From the NCBI GenBank assembly GCA_030867685.1, contig JAQOWU010000008.1:2356001-2420000 (forward strand): a DNA stretch of 64,000 bases, given 5' to 3'. Numbering within the stretch: position 1 is the first letter of the stretch; every line of letters starts with the position of its first letter. Origin of the DNA: Wickerhamiella versatilis. Taxonomy: Eukaryota. The notes beneath the pieces were generated by a model that saw only the letters and a list, made by a program, of their open reading frames with translations, was not told the origin of the DNA and did no database searches. Below, one piece after another: positions 31,047 to 41,283 of the stretch. The translations under genes were made by a program, and so were the position numbers.

Positions 31047-33368
31047 ATGCTGGGTGATAGTAGCAACCAAGGCCCGAAATTAAGCACGCAGCACTCAGAT
31101 ATTTTATTGCACTCGAGCTCAGTGAGAGTACTTTTGACGCTGGCAGATCCTACGTTGTATTTATATGGATTTTCGAAAAGCGAATACGCCGAACGTCCAC
31201 CAGCAATTATCCGCGGGTCTTTGACTATACAAGTTTATAAACCTATAAAATTGAAGGCTATCAATCTGAAATTTTCAGGTGTATGTCGAACAGAGTGGCC
31301 TGAAGGCATCCCGCCGGAGAAGACCGAGACATGCGAAGTAAATGAGGTTTTTTCCAATAATTGGGAGTTTTTCAATGCTCAGACAGCTGAGGGGACACAA
31401 AGCAGTTGTGCACATGAGGTCCGGCCTCTATCAGAGAGTGACAACAACCTTTCAAGTGTGAAATCTACAAATGCACTAGAGGCTATGACTAGTGTAGTGA
31501 CCAGAGGGCGCTCATCGACCCTGGAAAATTCTAATGGTACAAACTCACATCCTCAGGAACTTAAGCATTACCGGGTGTTCCAGCCCGCGGAATATGTCTA
31601 TAATATTGAGCTTCTTGTTCCTCAGAGAATGCCTGAGACAATCAAGGCCAACTTTGGCTCAGTCAGGTGGATGTTTCATTTGAATATAGAAAGGCATGGT
31701 ACTTTTAAATCTAATTGGTCGGTCAGTCGTGAGATTCGGGTATTGCGAGCCCTCGGAATGTCGAATCTGGAAACTAGCGAGCCAATTGTCATATCGCGGG
31801 ATTGGGAGGACTTATTGCATTATGAAATTGTGATAGCAGGCAAAGCATTCAGCATAGGTAGCGATATTCCCATTGCTATTTCCTTGGTACCTTTGGCTAA
31901 AGTGAAATGCCATAGGATACGGGCTTATATCACGGAACACGTTGAGTACTATTGCAAAAATAGACGCGTACACAGAGTTGAGCCTGCGCATAAATTTTTG
32001 CTCATGGAAGAATCTGCCAAAGACCGTGGAAGTTCTCTACTTCAATTTGATGGTGGTCTTAGCCGTTTGACAGAAATAGAGCGCACTGTGCAGATACCTA
32101 AAAAAATGGCGGAGCGAAGAGATGTGCTGAGGCCAAACTCGAACACCGAGTATATTAGAGTACATCATTGGATCAAAATAGTGATGCGACTCAGTCGCCT
32201 GGATGCACCTTCTACTGAATCTGGGAGGACTAAATGCTACGAGATATCTATCGATTCACCGATCACACTTATAGACAAAGCTGTTGAATCTGCTAACATG
32301 CTCCCTGCTTATGGAGTTTCCCATTCCGAGCCGTCAGTATCCACAGAGCTCCGATCCTATAAAGAATTTGTGGATGAAAGCGATGCGCGGCCTATATATT
32401 TCATGCGCCAACCCTCGTACGCACCTCCTCCGTTTGATGCAGACTCGGCGCCACCAGATTTGCCGCCACCGGAGTATGATATTGCAACCGCAGTTGACTA
32501 TGATGAAAGATATCATGCCTATCTCAATAACCACCGGCGAAGCGGTGGGACTGAGGCATCCTCATCGACTGACGATTCAGCCTCTACTCAATTAGAAAGA
32601 ATATCCGCAGAATCACGCCTCTCAGACAAGACACCACCTGCGGAAAACACCGGGCCAGCCTCAAGTGGCCAACCCCGCTTTAGTGAGATTATATGGCGGA
32701 CGGATAACGACAGTGATCCTCATGTTGGTAAAGAACAAGTGGAGGAAGTCGATGATGATGATCCCCTCTCCACTGTTCCTGCACCGGACCCTCCTTCTCC
32801 GCCATCAGCACAAAATACCTCACCGATAGGGACATCACCCTCACCGCCAAATGCTCATTTGGCAAACCACCCTTTGCATATCTCTAAAAACTCAATACCG
32901 GCCTGGTCACCCTTGAGTGCCGGAAACGCGTCCCGCTTAAGCTCTGCACGGCTTAGGGGTGTACCTATATCCTCACCGGGACCTTCACGAAGACCCTCAA
33001 GCACAGGCGCTGGAATTGCGATGCCTGCAAGCTATGGCAGTGGGGCAGGAAGTGGTCGTTATTATCGGCAGTCTAGTATTGTTAGCATTGATCTTGCTGA
33101 TCAACAAGGGAGCAGGCAGATGTCACGGGTGTCAGGTATCACCCCATTGCCGGGATGGTATCCATTATCCCGCAATAATTCCAGTGATTCGTTGGGTATT
33201 TCTATCTCTGAATACCAGGGAGAGAATATTGAAACGCCTCCAAGCCGAGATCCACTCCTGGGGAGTATTGATTCGAATGGAGATATGGGAGCTCAGTATG
33301 GCGACTGGGATCTCGAGGATGATGGCGCCAGTATCATCAGCGGTTACTACAACATAGCTGCATCATAA
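31047..33368 (+). CDS. Alpha-arrestin ubiquitin-ligase adaptor (Aly1/Aly2-like)
   Basis: RTEWPEGIP, WEDLLHYEI, YCKNRRVHRVEP, HHWIKIVMRLS, EISIDSP. LPAY and PPEY Rsp5-binding motifs. Confidence 0.88.
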   Translation: MLGDSSNQGPKLSTQHSDILLHSSSVRVLLTLADPTLYLYGFSKSEYAERPPAIIRGSLTIQVYKPIKLKAINLKFSGVCRTEWPEGIPPEKTETCEVNEVFSNNWEFFNAQTAEGTQSSCAHEVRPLSESDNNLSSVKSTNALEAMTSVVTRGRSSTLENSNGTNSHPQELKHYRVFQPAEYVYNIELLVPQRMPETIKANFGSVRWMFHLNIERHGTFKSNWSVSREIRVLRALGMSNLETSEPIVISRDWEDLLHYEIVIAGKAFSIGSDIPIAISLVPLAKVKCHRIRAYITEHVEYYCKNRRVHRVEPAHKFLLMEESAKDRGSSLLQFDGGLSRLTEIERTVQIPKKMAERRDVLRPNSNTEYIRVHHWIKIVMRLSRLDAPSTESGRTKCYEISIDSPITLIDKAVESANMLPAYGVSHSEPSVSTELRSYKEFVDESDARPIYFMRQPSYAPPPFDADSAPPDLPPPEYDIATAVDYDERYHAYLNNHRRSGGTEASSSTDDSASTQLERISAESRLSDKTPPAENTGPASSGQPRFSEIIWRTDNDSDPHVGKEQVEEVDDDDPLSTVPAPDPPSPPSAQNTSPIGTSPSPPNAHLANHPLHISKNSIPAWSPLSAGNASRLSSARLRGVPISSPGPSRRPSSTGAGIAMPASYGSGAGSGRYYRQSSIVSIDLADQQGSRQMSRVSGITPLPGWYPLSRNNSSDSLGISISEYQGENIETPPSRDPLLGSIDSNGDMGAQYGDWDLEDDGASIISGYYNIAAS

Positions 33369-33584
33369 GGTTAGCATGCACATCCGTCTGCAGATCCTCT
33401 GAGAGAGACTAGGCGAATTGTGAAACGTTCATGCTTTTGAATATTAGCAAAAATTTCTAGTAATATGATAAATCACGCTACAAATGGCGACTAAATCAGG
33501 GGCATGTCTCCGTGACCCATAAGCTAAATCTGTATTGATTACCAAAGCACAACCTGTCTACCACTTTCATCTGACACGTTTACT

Positions 33585-33848
33585 ATGTCACAGGTACCTG
33601 GTGGAGCAAAGGCTGCTATGCGCCGTCGCGCAAATCAAGAGCGTCAGGCAGCAAGCGCAAACGAAAAGCCTCCCTCGACCCGTAGTGCAGGCGCGGGTGG
33701 CTCTTCAAACACCCTGCTGAAATTGTACACCGATGAGGCTAGTGGACTCAACGTTGACCCTGTTGTAGTGATGGTCATGGCTTTGGGATTCATCTTCTCG
33801 GTTGTGGCTTTGCATGTTTTCGGCAAGTTCTTCACAAAATTTACTTAA
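33585..33848 (+). CDS. SBH1: Sec61 translocon beta subunit
   Basis: RSAGAGGSS, LYTDEASGLNVDPVVV followed by a C-terminal TM helix. Confidence 0.95.
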   Translation: MSQVPGGAKAAMRRRANQERQAASANEKPPSTRSAGAGGSSNTLLKLYTDEASGLNVDPVVVMVMALGFIFSVVALHVFGKFFTKFT

Positions 33849-34192
33849 GGCCTGTTCAGTGGGCGGCCCTTGGTACCAGTTATGTATTCGCGAAATATAG
33901 CTTGCTTCCAAGCGGCCTTCGCACTAAAGCAAAGTCTTATAGGCTTATTTTCGCAGCGATGAGTATGCTGGGCCGGATTCACCTCGCGTTCGAGCCGCGA
34001 AGTATGTAATAGCGGAAAATGGTAGGAGATATTTTAGTGAATACAGTAAGTAGGATTTATTCTCAAGTCTGAAGGTGGGCTCGACTGGGACGTGGAGCCT
34101 GAATCTCTTCCAATAACCCGTATTAAAAAATAAAAAAGGATTTGAACCGACTTTGCCCCCGTCGGTGCTTTGTATATTTTGCAAAAATATAG

Positions 34193-34294
34193 TGACGACG
34201 AAGGGATTCGAACCCTCGCCCCCGTAGAGACAGGAGTACAACCTCTGATGAAGAGACCTTAATCCTGCGCCATAGACCACTCGGCCACGTCGTC
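34193..34294 (-). tRNA. tRNA-Leu(AAG) with 20-nt intron (34237-34256)
   Basis: Acceptor stem GACGACG/CGTCGTC+A, D-arm GCCG..TGGC, anticodon stem CAGGA/TCCTG with TT-AAG-G, long variable arm, GGTTCGAATCC, and a T5 terminator downstream. Confidence 0.93.
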
Positions 34295-34609
34295 CTGGAT
34301 ATTGAAAGCTGGTGGAGTGCTGTGTATATATGTGTCAATTCGAAAGATAGATTAAATGGGGTTCTGATCCAAGTCAGCTTCCGCATATTATCATAAGGGT
34401 AAAGGTACATTGACTTCTTGATCTGCCCAGCCTTCAATTCCACTGAAGATAATGCGGCTAAGCTTACCTTGGGCTCTGCATAATGCATTGCAGAATAGCA
34501 CTGTAAATCACCTACCCATGCATACTGTGACCCGCTATGTATGTCTTAGACACCGAGAATAGCACGCAGATAAAGCGAGGGGGAAATCACGCGTTTAGCA
34601 CCCCAAGGT

Positions 34610-35845
34610 ATGCCTAGTAAGTTGTTTTCGCGTCGGAGTTCAGACTCAGGCAGTATGGGTTCAGGTCAGTCAAAGACTCAAGCTAAGGGAAACAAGACAC
34701 AAGAAAGATCAATTCAGGATGGGTTACACGCGTTGGACACGGCATCTAGTGAATTGTGTATAACCGCAGCATGCTACAATGTGCAGGTGAGAGTAACCAC
34801 TGAGCATTACTTCCGCTTGGTCCATGAAGCGTGGGAGCAGTTACGTGCCACTCAATTCAAGGCGAGCCAGCAATTTTCACTCGCAGAATGGCTTCATGTA
34901 CATGCCCTCATGCTTTTTGGACGCATCCAGCAGGTGAACCCACACGACTACGGGGAAGCCAACCATATCAATGTGGATCCCGATACGCAGGTTTTTAGTC
35001 CAATTTGGACGGCGTTATCAGCAATAGGCATTGTCCATGATACTGACCTGTGCATACGGTACATACCAGATGCCCGCGTACCTTCAGCACAAAGCTCGAG
35101 CAGTTATACGCCTAAAGATCTTGCACATATTCTAGATGGAACACTCTATGATTGGAATCGCAGTTGGATCCGTGTTGCAGAAGCACGCTATGAAAGGGAT
35201 CGCCGCCATGTTAATACGAGTGCCCTTCCTCCGTCAAGCGAGGAGGAATTACTTGATGCCATTGCCACAAAATCGCGACAGATTGGGCAGGAGACTGACA
35301 GTCGTAACCGCTCAGTGCTAGAACAAGAGGTTGCTGCCCTCATACAGCGGCTCCGAGATTCTAAAGACCACACCATGCAACCAGCTCCTCGAGATGTCTT
35401 AGAATCTGCCCACAGTGACGGCAGCGAGTTTGATCTATCGATATCTGAGGGTGCTGGTGGGTCACCACAAACAGGCTATACTTCGCTGGCGACGCATTGT
35501 GATTGTTTTGTTCATTATGACCCCCAGATATGGCAGCAGTATCATGACTTTATCATGGCCCTGATTTCCTCGAGAGCAGCCCAATTTATGCCTTTCCCCA
35601 GTCACAGCGAGGGGAACATAGCTTGGTTATTGCCTGTAACGCAAAAGTCCCGCTCTGTTAGTTTAAGACTACCCCACGCCAAGGTAAGCCGGCGTGATAT
35701 GGCACTCGCAGTGCTACTGCGCACCGTGGATCTACCTGTGAGCATAGCCTCATCTTGGCATGCTGAGGCAGAGGGTCCTGTTGATGTTGGTAAACTCCTA
35801 GAAAATTTCGTCCAAACCGGAATGCGAGGAAGTACACATAAATAA
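34610..35845 (+). CDS. Orphan protein resembling a partitivirus-type dsRNA virus capsid (candidate endogenous viral element)
   Basis: Intact 411-aa ORF with no yeast family recognised. The segment QFKASQQFS...GRIQQV...DTQVFSPIWTALSAIG...IRY follows the pattern I recall for partitivirus coat-protein cores. The CDS is likely real; the viral call is tentative. Confidence 0.5.
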   Translation: MPSKLFSRRSSDSGSMGSGQSKTQAKGNKTQERSIQDGLHALDTASSELCITAACYNVQVRVTTEHYFRLVHEAWEQLRATQFKASQQFSLAEWLHVHALMLFGRIQQVNPHDYGEANHINVDPDTQVFSPIWTALSAIGIVHDTDLCIRYIPDARVPSAQSSSSYTPKDLAHILDGTLYDWNRSWIRVAEARYERDRRHVNTSALPPSSEEELLDAIATKSRQIGQETDSRNRSVLEQEVAALIQRLRDSKDHTMQPAPRDVLESAHSDGSEFDLSISEGAGGSPQTGYTSLATHCDCFVHYDPQIWQQYHDFIMALISSRAAQFMPFPSHSEGNIAWLLPVTQKSRSVSLRLPHAKVSRRDMALAVLLRTVDLPVSIASSWHAEAEGPVDVGKLLENFVQTGMRGSTHK

Positions 35846-35986
35846 TGCTATTATAATAATACGTAACGTAGATTAATTTAATAACACCACATTCCCTTTT
35901 TTTTGTCTTTGAGAGATAGCCCACTGTTATCGAGGCGAGAATGAAACGTTCAAGTTCGTGCTAATGAGATATGCAAATGGCGCGAG

Positions 35987-37369
35987 TCAACGAATACGCA
36001 AGTGTCGCGACGGCATTACCGAGGTAGATAGCTCTAGCGGCGAATCCAACGGCTCGAATTCTTTGCGCTGGCCTTTCCGCAGTTTTGCTATGTCTAAGGG
36101 AACACCTTCAGGTTGTGGCGCCCGCGCTGTGGGCGGGTATTCGGGTTCAGTTGTCTGGCAGTAAACCCGAAGACGCGTACCCTCTATGCGATAGCCCGTT
36201 ACCCGCCACTGATGCACTGTTCCCACCTCCCCTATCGAAGTCGAAATGCTGGAGGGAGGATAGCCCTGGCATATGAGCAGCGAGCCTGGCATGTATTCTG
36301 TTATTTCTCCAAGCATCTGGAGATCAGTGAGACTGTCAGCCAATTCACACAACTTTTTCCGCGAATCGTGGTCCAGCTCATGCGTACACGAATCCGTCTG
36401 CACTGTAGTACTAAGTGCAGTACCATTCGACTCATTGTAACGTCGAACAAGCATTTCCACCAGACCCCGTTCCTCGAGAGGTGGAATAAGCGATAAGGGC
36501 CCCACAACTTCTTCAAGCAGAGCACTTACATCGTACCTTAACTCGTCCAGAGCTTTCCTTATAGGCTTCACATCCTTTGGCCTACCTTCGAAAACACAAA
36601 CTCTCTCAAGCGTTGCGTCGTAATGTTTGGAAAGAACTTGTATGAGCGCCTGTTTACGCAACCCAACTGGTGCGGACACGTCTGAACTGAATATGAAAAG
36701 GTCGGGGGTGGGAATGTCCCGCTTGGATAGCATGTCTCGCAGTGCAGGCTCTATGCTTGACGTACGGCCACTTACAATTATCGTTGCAACTCCTTCAGTA
36801 GCTGCTGCTGCACGTAGGAGATCCAGCAGGGGCTCGTTCCACTTAGCAGCCTTCTCGGCTGCCTCTAAGACTTCTGGTGATTCCCACCAACCTAGCTTTT
36901 CAAGGAGACGGGCCGAAGCTGTGTCCATCACATCTAAGTTAGGAATCGGACAATAAAAAAGGGCCCGGTCAAATTCCACCATTAATATGTCTCGAACGCC
37001 TCGTGGCATCTTTGATAACTGAATATGATCTATACCTGCCGCCGCCATCTGGTCCGTCTGATATTGAGATTGAGGCTTAGGGGCGGGATTTGATCTTGGT
37101 CCCTTACCAACCTTCCAATGACCAGGAAATGCTCCTGGAGACGAAATTCCATGTGCTAACGGTTGAGGATACATAGGAACGTATGCTACATGTGCTGGAT
37201 AGGGGATGGGGTATGGCGGTGCAACATAACTCGAGCCAGGGTAGCCGGGCACGGTAGGAGCATACCCTGGCGAAGGAGCCTGAGCATTTGGCATCGTTGT
37301 AGTTGAATACATATGTCCGAATTGTCCACCAAAATTGGGCGCATAGCGCTGCACCCTTTTCCGGCCCAT
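35987..37369 (-). CDS. Swiss-Army-Knife RNA-repair-like HAD domain protein, degenerate active site
   Basis: EFDRALFYCPIPN...GWW...WNEP...IIVSGR...K...FEGRPK matches the fungal DFDNTLF.SP.PN/GWW/WN/LLTGR/YEDRPKH pattern. Pro/Tyr-rich N-terminus. Confidence 0.75.
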   Translation of the reverse strand: MGRKRVQRYAPNFGGQFGHMYSTTTMPNAQAPSPGYAPTVPGYPGSSYVAPPYPIPYPAHVAYVPMYPQPLAHGISSPGAFPGHWKVGKGPRSNPAPKPQSQYQTDQMAAAGIDHIQLSKMPRGVRDILMVEFDRALFYCPIPNLDVMDTASARLLEKLGWWESPEVLEAAEKAAKWNEPLLDLLRAAAATEGVATIIVSGRTSSIEPALRDMLSKRDIPTPDLFIFSSDVSAPVGLRKQALIQVLSKHYDATLERVCVFEGRPKDVKPIRKALDELRYDVSALLEEVVGPLSLIPPLEERGLVEMLVRRYNESNGTALSTTVQTDSCTHELDHDSRKKLCELADSLTDLQMLGEITEYMPGSLLICQGYPPSSISTSIGEVGTVHQWRVTGYRIEGTRLRVYCQTTEPEYPPTARAPQPEGVPLDIAKLRKGQRKEFEPLDSPLELSTSVMPSRHLRIR

Positions 37370-37562
37370 GGCACAAGCCCGGTTGAGAAGTTCTTTGTAA
37401 TCAACGCGAGTAGCGATATTATTACTTGACTATCTAGCGCAAAGAAGTATGGCGTGAGACAAAGACAACCTGTAGCTTATTTTCAAGCATACAGATTACC
37501 CGTCTATCTGTCTGACTGTCTAAAATAGGGGTGGCACAGTTAAATTTATAAATTTTTAAGCA

Positions 37563-38183
37563 TTAACGGTTGCTCTTGGCGACACGCTCAAGTTCGTCCT
37601 TCTTCTTAATAGCATAAGAGTTCGCAGAACCCTTGGCAGCGTTGATAAGCTCCTCAGCAAGACACTCAGCAATGGTCTTGACATTGCGGAAGCTAGCCTC
37701 ACGGGCACCAGTGGTGATCAAAGCGATGGACTGGTTGACACGGCGGAGTGGAGAGACATCAACGGCTTGACGGCGGACGTTACCCGCAGAACCGACACGG
37801 GTAGAGTCTTCACGTGCACCGGAGTTTACAATGGCGTCAACAATAACCTGGAGAGGGTTCTGTTCCGTAAGCAGGTTGATGATCTCCATGGCATGCTGAA
37901 CGATGCGAACGGCCTTCATCTTCTTACCGTTGTTGCGGCCGCCCATCATAATGGAGTTGGTAAGGCGCTCAACAATTGGGCACTGGGCCTTACGGAAGCG
38001 CTTGGCCGCGTAACGGCCAGCAGTGTGTGGCAGATACACAGGCTTGCGGACCTGGATATAGTCGGTCAGGGAGATGTCCTTGATCTCCAACTCATCGAAG
38101 CTCCACTTGTTGAAGAGCTTGATTTCGCCAGAGTTCTCCAAAACGTCACGGGGGAACCTAGTTGCAAGCTCGACCTCAGCCAT
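37563..38183 (-). CDS. RPS5: 40S ribosomal protein S5 (uS7)
   Basis: [39 protein letters not shown]. Confidence 0.99.
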   Translation of the reverse strand: MAEVELATRFPRDVLENSGEIKLFNKWSFDELEIKDISLTDYIQVRKPVYLPHTAGRYAAKRFRKAQCPIVERLTNSIMMGGRNNGKKMKAVRIVQHAMEIINLLTEQNPLQVIVDAIVNSGAREDSTRVGSAGNVRRQAVDVSPLRRVNQSIALITTGAREASFRNVKTIAECLAEELINAAKGSANSYAIKKKDELERVAKSNR

Positions 38184-38428
38184 CTTGATATCGTCGGAAG
38201 CAGTGCACTGTGTTGGCTAGGAAGAGAGTCGTGCTATTATTCATGCCCTGATGCCCTTATTACGTTATATCGTATTTGACTAAGTTATTGAAATGTAGAT
38301 TATCTAATGTGTTGGGGGTTAGGTGAGTTCTATCTTGGTGCTGGTTTTTCTATATCAGCAAATAAATGAGGAAAATAAATAGCAAAAACAAATGAAATGA
38401 AATTAAATAAAATTAAGAAATTAAAATT

Positions 38429-40303
38429 TTAAGGTACGTTTGCAGGCGTCATATATTCTAACTCACCCATACCGAATCCAAAGTCCTTCATGATAAAGTC
38501 AACATCCCGCCAGGGAAGCGCCGACCAGTCTGGTTCTTGCGGAGATGGATTGGGTGAAATTGAGACCAAGTCCGCATTTGGTATGGTGTTTGGTGTGCTC
38601 ATTGTTGATTGCGATTTTGTGCGTTCACTGAGTACAGTAGGGGCATGCGAACGGATTTCGCACTCTTCACGCATAGTCCACAGTGAGTCATAGAATACAG
38701 AAGCAGCCATACGGCTTCTCAGTGTGAGTGTTGCCTTACAAACTTTGAAATGCTTAGAACGTGACATGGCAGCGAACACAGTCCACATTTGGGCAAGAAT
38801 TTCGGCAGCCCTATATGGAACATCATGCTCCAGAATCGAAGCCTGCGATAGCACTTCGACGCACGTTTCATAGAGCGCACGGCCCCTGCCACGATCAAAA
38901 TTGGCAGACCACTGCGAATGCCATAGCCGAGCTATTACAGTTGCAGTCTGCCAAAGCACCTGCACATCCACGAGTGGCATATATTTCATGAAGCCCTGGT
39001 CTGCATTGAAGCATTGGGCGACATGGTCCAGTAGGGCAAGGCAGGAATTGTAAAGTACAAGGTATCCTCTTTGCAACTGTGATGGGCTTAATTCATCGGA
39101 GTCATCAAAAAGATAATAGCAATATAGATTGACACGAGCAGCCAATATTGAGAACCAGCTCCTCATTGAAAAATCTGATGCATACGCTTCTTCAATCTCA
39201 TCGAGCCTTCTGGCCAGAATTCGGATCAAAGATAACCGCTCACTAAGGGCTACGACCCCGCGTCCAAGCCCTTTATTTAAGGAAATTTCTATTTCGTTGA
39301 CGGCAGATTGAATTGCATAAGAATGTATAAGTCGAAGTGGTGCTTCAACTGCGTTGACTCGAGCCACGTCAAATTTGGACATAGAAGGGTAACCAAACAT
39401 CGTAGCCACCGATTGCGATACCGCATTAGCAGCTAGCCATGTGGATACTTGTTCCATTATTTTCGACTGATGCAAAGTGTCGCTGCGATATATACGGGCA
39501 AAATCCCGCTCGTGTCCAGGGCAATGCAACCCCGCACGGATGGCGGTGAGAATTGCCATTCCACTCGTACTCCAGCTCGAATCGGCATTAAATGACGATG
39601 TTGGGATGGGCCAAAGACTGCAAATGAGCCATGCTTGTACCGCATATACGTTGGGCAAATTGAATCTCTGCTCTCCATTGGCAACTCTCGTTACTGGTGA
39701 TACCGCTATTTCCGCAAGACTTGATCGTTGTACCACACTGAGCTTTTCTAGCAATTGTCCAGCAGGATCCATAGTCTCAAACCTGCGGGCAGCCACGGCC
39801 ATCACAGTCCAAAATAGAACCGAGGAACATTGATAGAGCTTCTCTGGTCCCTGCATCACGTCCACTAACGGTAAAATTGGATGATAATGCTCAACATAAT
39901 CTTGAAATAGGCCTCTAATCGTGTCGGGCTCAAGTATAAGATCGACAATACCGGCGCGCTTTTCCGAGCACTCCCAATTTATCACCGAACTTGATACATC
40001 GAGCTCGCCCCGCTTCTGGTATCCCATGGAAGGAAATTTAGCTGACCCTTGAGGTAATGCCCCAAGGTTCGAGTCAGGAACTACAGGCGGCATCTCTTGC
40101 ATGCGTTTTCGTAGCTGGTCCATTTCCTCTTCTAGCAATGCTATCTTTTTCCGTTTCGGCTGTCTCTTAAAGCCATGGACTACTACACACTGTATTCCTC
40201 TCTTAAGACATCTCTGACAAGGTGAGCCATTTTCCCGGCCGAGGCACCTCACTTTCTGCTGGCGACATTCACGACATGCTTCTCGACGGGGCTCGTTTGT
40301 CAT
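38429..40303 (-). CDS. LEU3: Zn(II)2Cys6 transcription factor Leu3
   Basis: ACRECRQQK zinc cluster, RSRMAASVFYD, and the Leu3-type C-terminal activation motif WRDVDFIMKDFGF. Confidence 0.85.
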   Translation of the reverse strand: MTNEPRREACRECRQQKVRCLGRENGSPCQRCLKRGIQCVVVHGFKRQPKRKKIALLEEEMDQLRKRMQEMPPVVPDSNLGALPQGSAKFPSMGYQKRGELDVSSSVINWECSEKRAGIVDLILEPDTIRGLFQDYVEHYHPILPLVDVMQGPEKLYQCSSVLFWTVMAVAARRFETMDPAGQLLEKLSVVQRSSLAEIAVSPVTRVANGEQRFNLPNVYAVQAWLICSLWPIPTSSFNADSSWSTSGMAILTAIRAGLHCPGHERDFARIYRSDTLHQSKIMEQVSTWLAANAVSQSVATMFGYPSMSKFDVARVNAVEAPLRLIHSYAIQSAVNEIEISLNKGLGRGVVALSERLSLIRILARRLDEIEEAYASDFSMRSWFSILAARVNLYCYYLFDDSDELSPSQLQRGYLVLYNSCLALLDHVAQCFNADQGFMKYMPLVDVQVLWQTATVIARLWHSQWSANFDRGRGRALYETCVEVLSQASILEHDVPYRAAEILAQMWTVFAAMSRSKHFKVCKATLTLRSRMAASVFYDSLWTMREECEIRSHAPTVLSERTKSQSTMSTPNTIPNADLVSISPNPSPQEPDWSALPWRDVDFIMKDFGFGMGELEYMTPANVP

Positions 40304-40655
40304 CAGCCAAAAATAATCATGTCGGTCTTTAACTAATTAACGTATTTTTATCCCTTCAACTCCGCAATGTAACAATCCAATTGGCTAGTATTTGTGGTTA
40401 TATCTAGTGCAAAATGTCTAGAAAGTATTATTTATTAAAGATTCGATTCAATTGTTTTGTTTTGTTTTATTATTCTATTTTTTTGGTTTCTTTAAGTTTA
40501 AGGACGACAATATTATGAACCTGAAAAATTGAGGGTTATATGGGAATGAATTGTCAAACGGCTTGTTGCATCCATGGCTGGGTTCTCGTCTCGTCACCTT
40601 GTCATGCCTAATTAGTCTTCACTAGTATGGTGACTAATTAACTACTCTGTCCTCA

Positions 40656-40886
40656 ATGGTGAATCGCAACACGTGTGCTGACCTGGCCCTTGTACTGCTG
40701 TCAATCTTCTTACCACCTGTCGCTGTCATTTTCAAGTGTGGTCTCTGCTCTGCTGATTTCGTTATCAATGTCGCACTATGTATGCTAGGCTTTATTCCAG
40801 GGCTTATACATGCATGGTATATTATCGCCAAATACCCTCTTCAGCCAAACTACGATATAGAGTCACGACCCCTTCTTGGAGAATGA
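40656..40886 (+). CDS. Pmp3/Sna family proteolipid
   Basis: LSIFLPPVAV...CMLGFIPGLIHAWYII, two TM helices. Confidence 0.9.
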   Translation: MVNRNTCADLALVLLSIFLPPVAVIFKCGLCSADFVINVALCMLGFIPGLIHAWYIIAKYPLQPNYDIESRPLLGE

Positions 40887-41263
40887 TTCGCACTCTACTC
40901 TGTCCTCCTTCTAGGAACAGCATTCTCATCTTTTATTATTTAAATAATGTTTAACGATTGTAATCCACGATAGTGAATTTTCAGACGCCTAAATGCTTAA
41001 TCCTATTAAATTAGGAGACAAATCGTGATATGTCACATAGATTATCTTCCGCTATTGACCTATCGTCATAGACTAGTATAAGCTTTGCAAGGCTGTGTGC
41101 TTTACCTAAACCTACACCGAGCGATCAGCCTAGGGTGGCGACGAAGAATGATCGCTTAAGTGACATCTAGTAACACTGGAAACGAAGCTATCTTGGAAAC
41201 AAGTTTATCTCGAAAGTAGTACGTTTTTGCCATCGTCAAATTTTTTACGCCCGAACTGACTTT

Positions 41264-41283
41264 TCACGTGATTCAATTAGTCA
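41264..41283. promoter_or_regulatory. Clustered Cbf1 (TCACGTG), Gcn4-like (TGATTCA) and Yap-type (TTAGTCA) motifs upstream of the MFS gene
   Basis: Sequence TCACGTGATTCAATTAGTCA. S. cerevisiae ATR1 is known to be Gcn4/Yap1 regulated. Confidence 0.45.

Noticed and set aside
34146-34171. ACCGA...GTCGGTGCTTT resembles the 3' end of a Cas9 tracrRNA
   Set aside because: Only about 11 nt match, there is no other scaffold, CRISPR array or cas gene, and the context is eukaryotic. Chance match.
33945-34488. ORFs 33945-34280 and 34123-34488
   Set aside because: Both overlap the tRNA gene and have no protein-like features.
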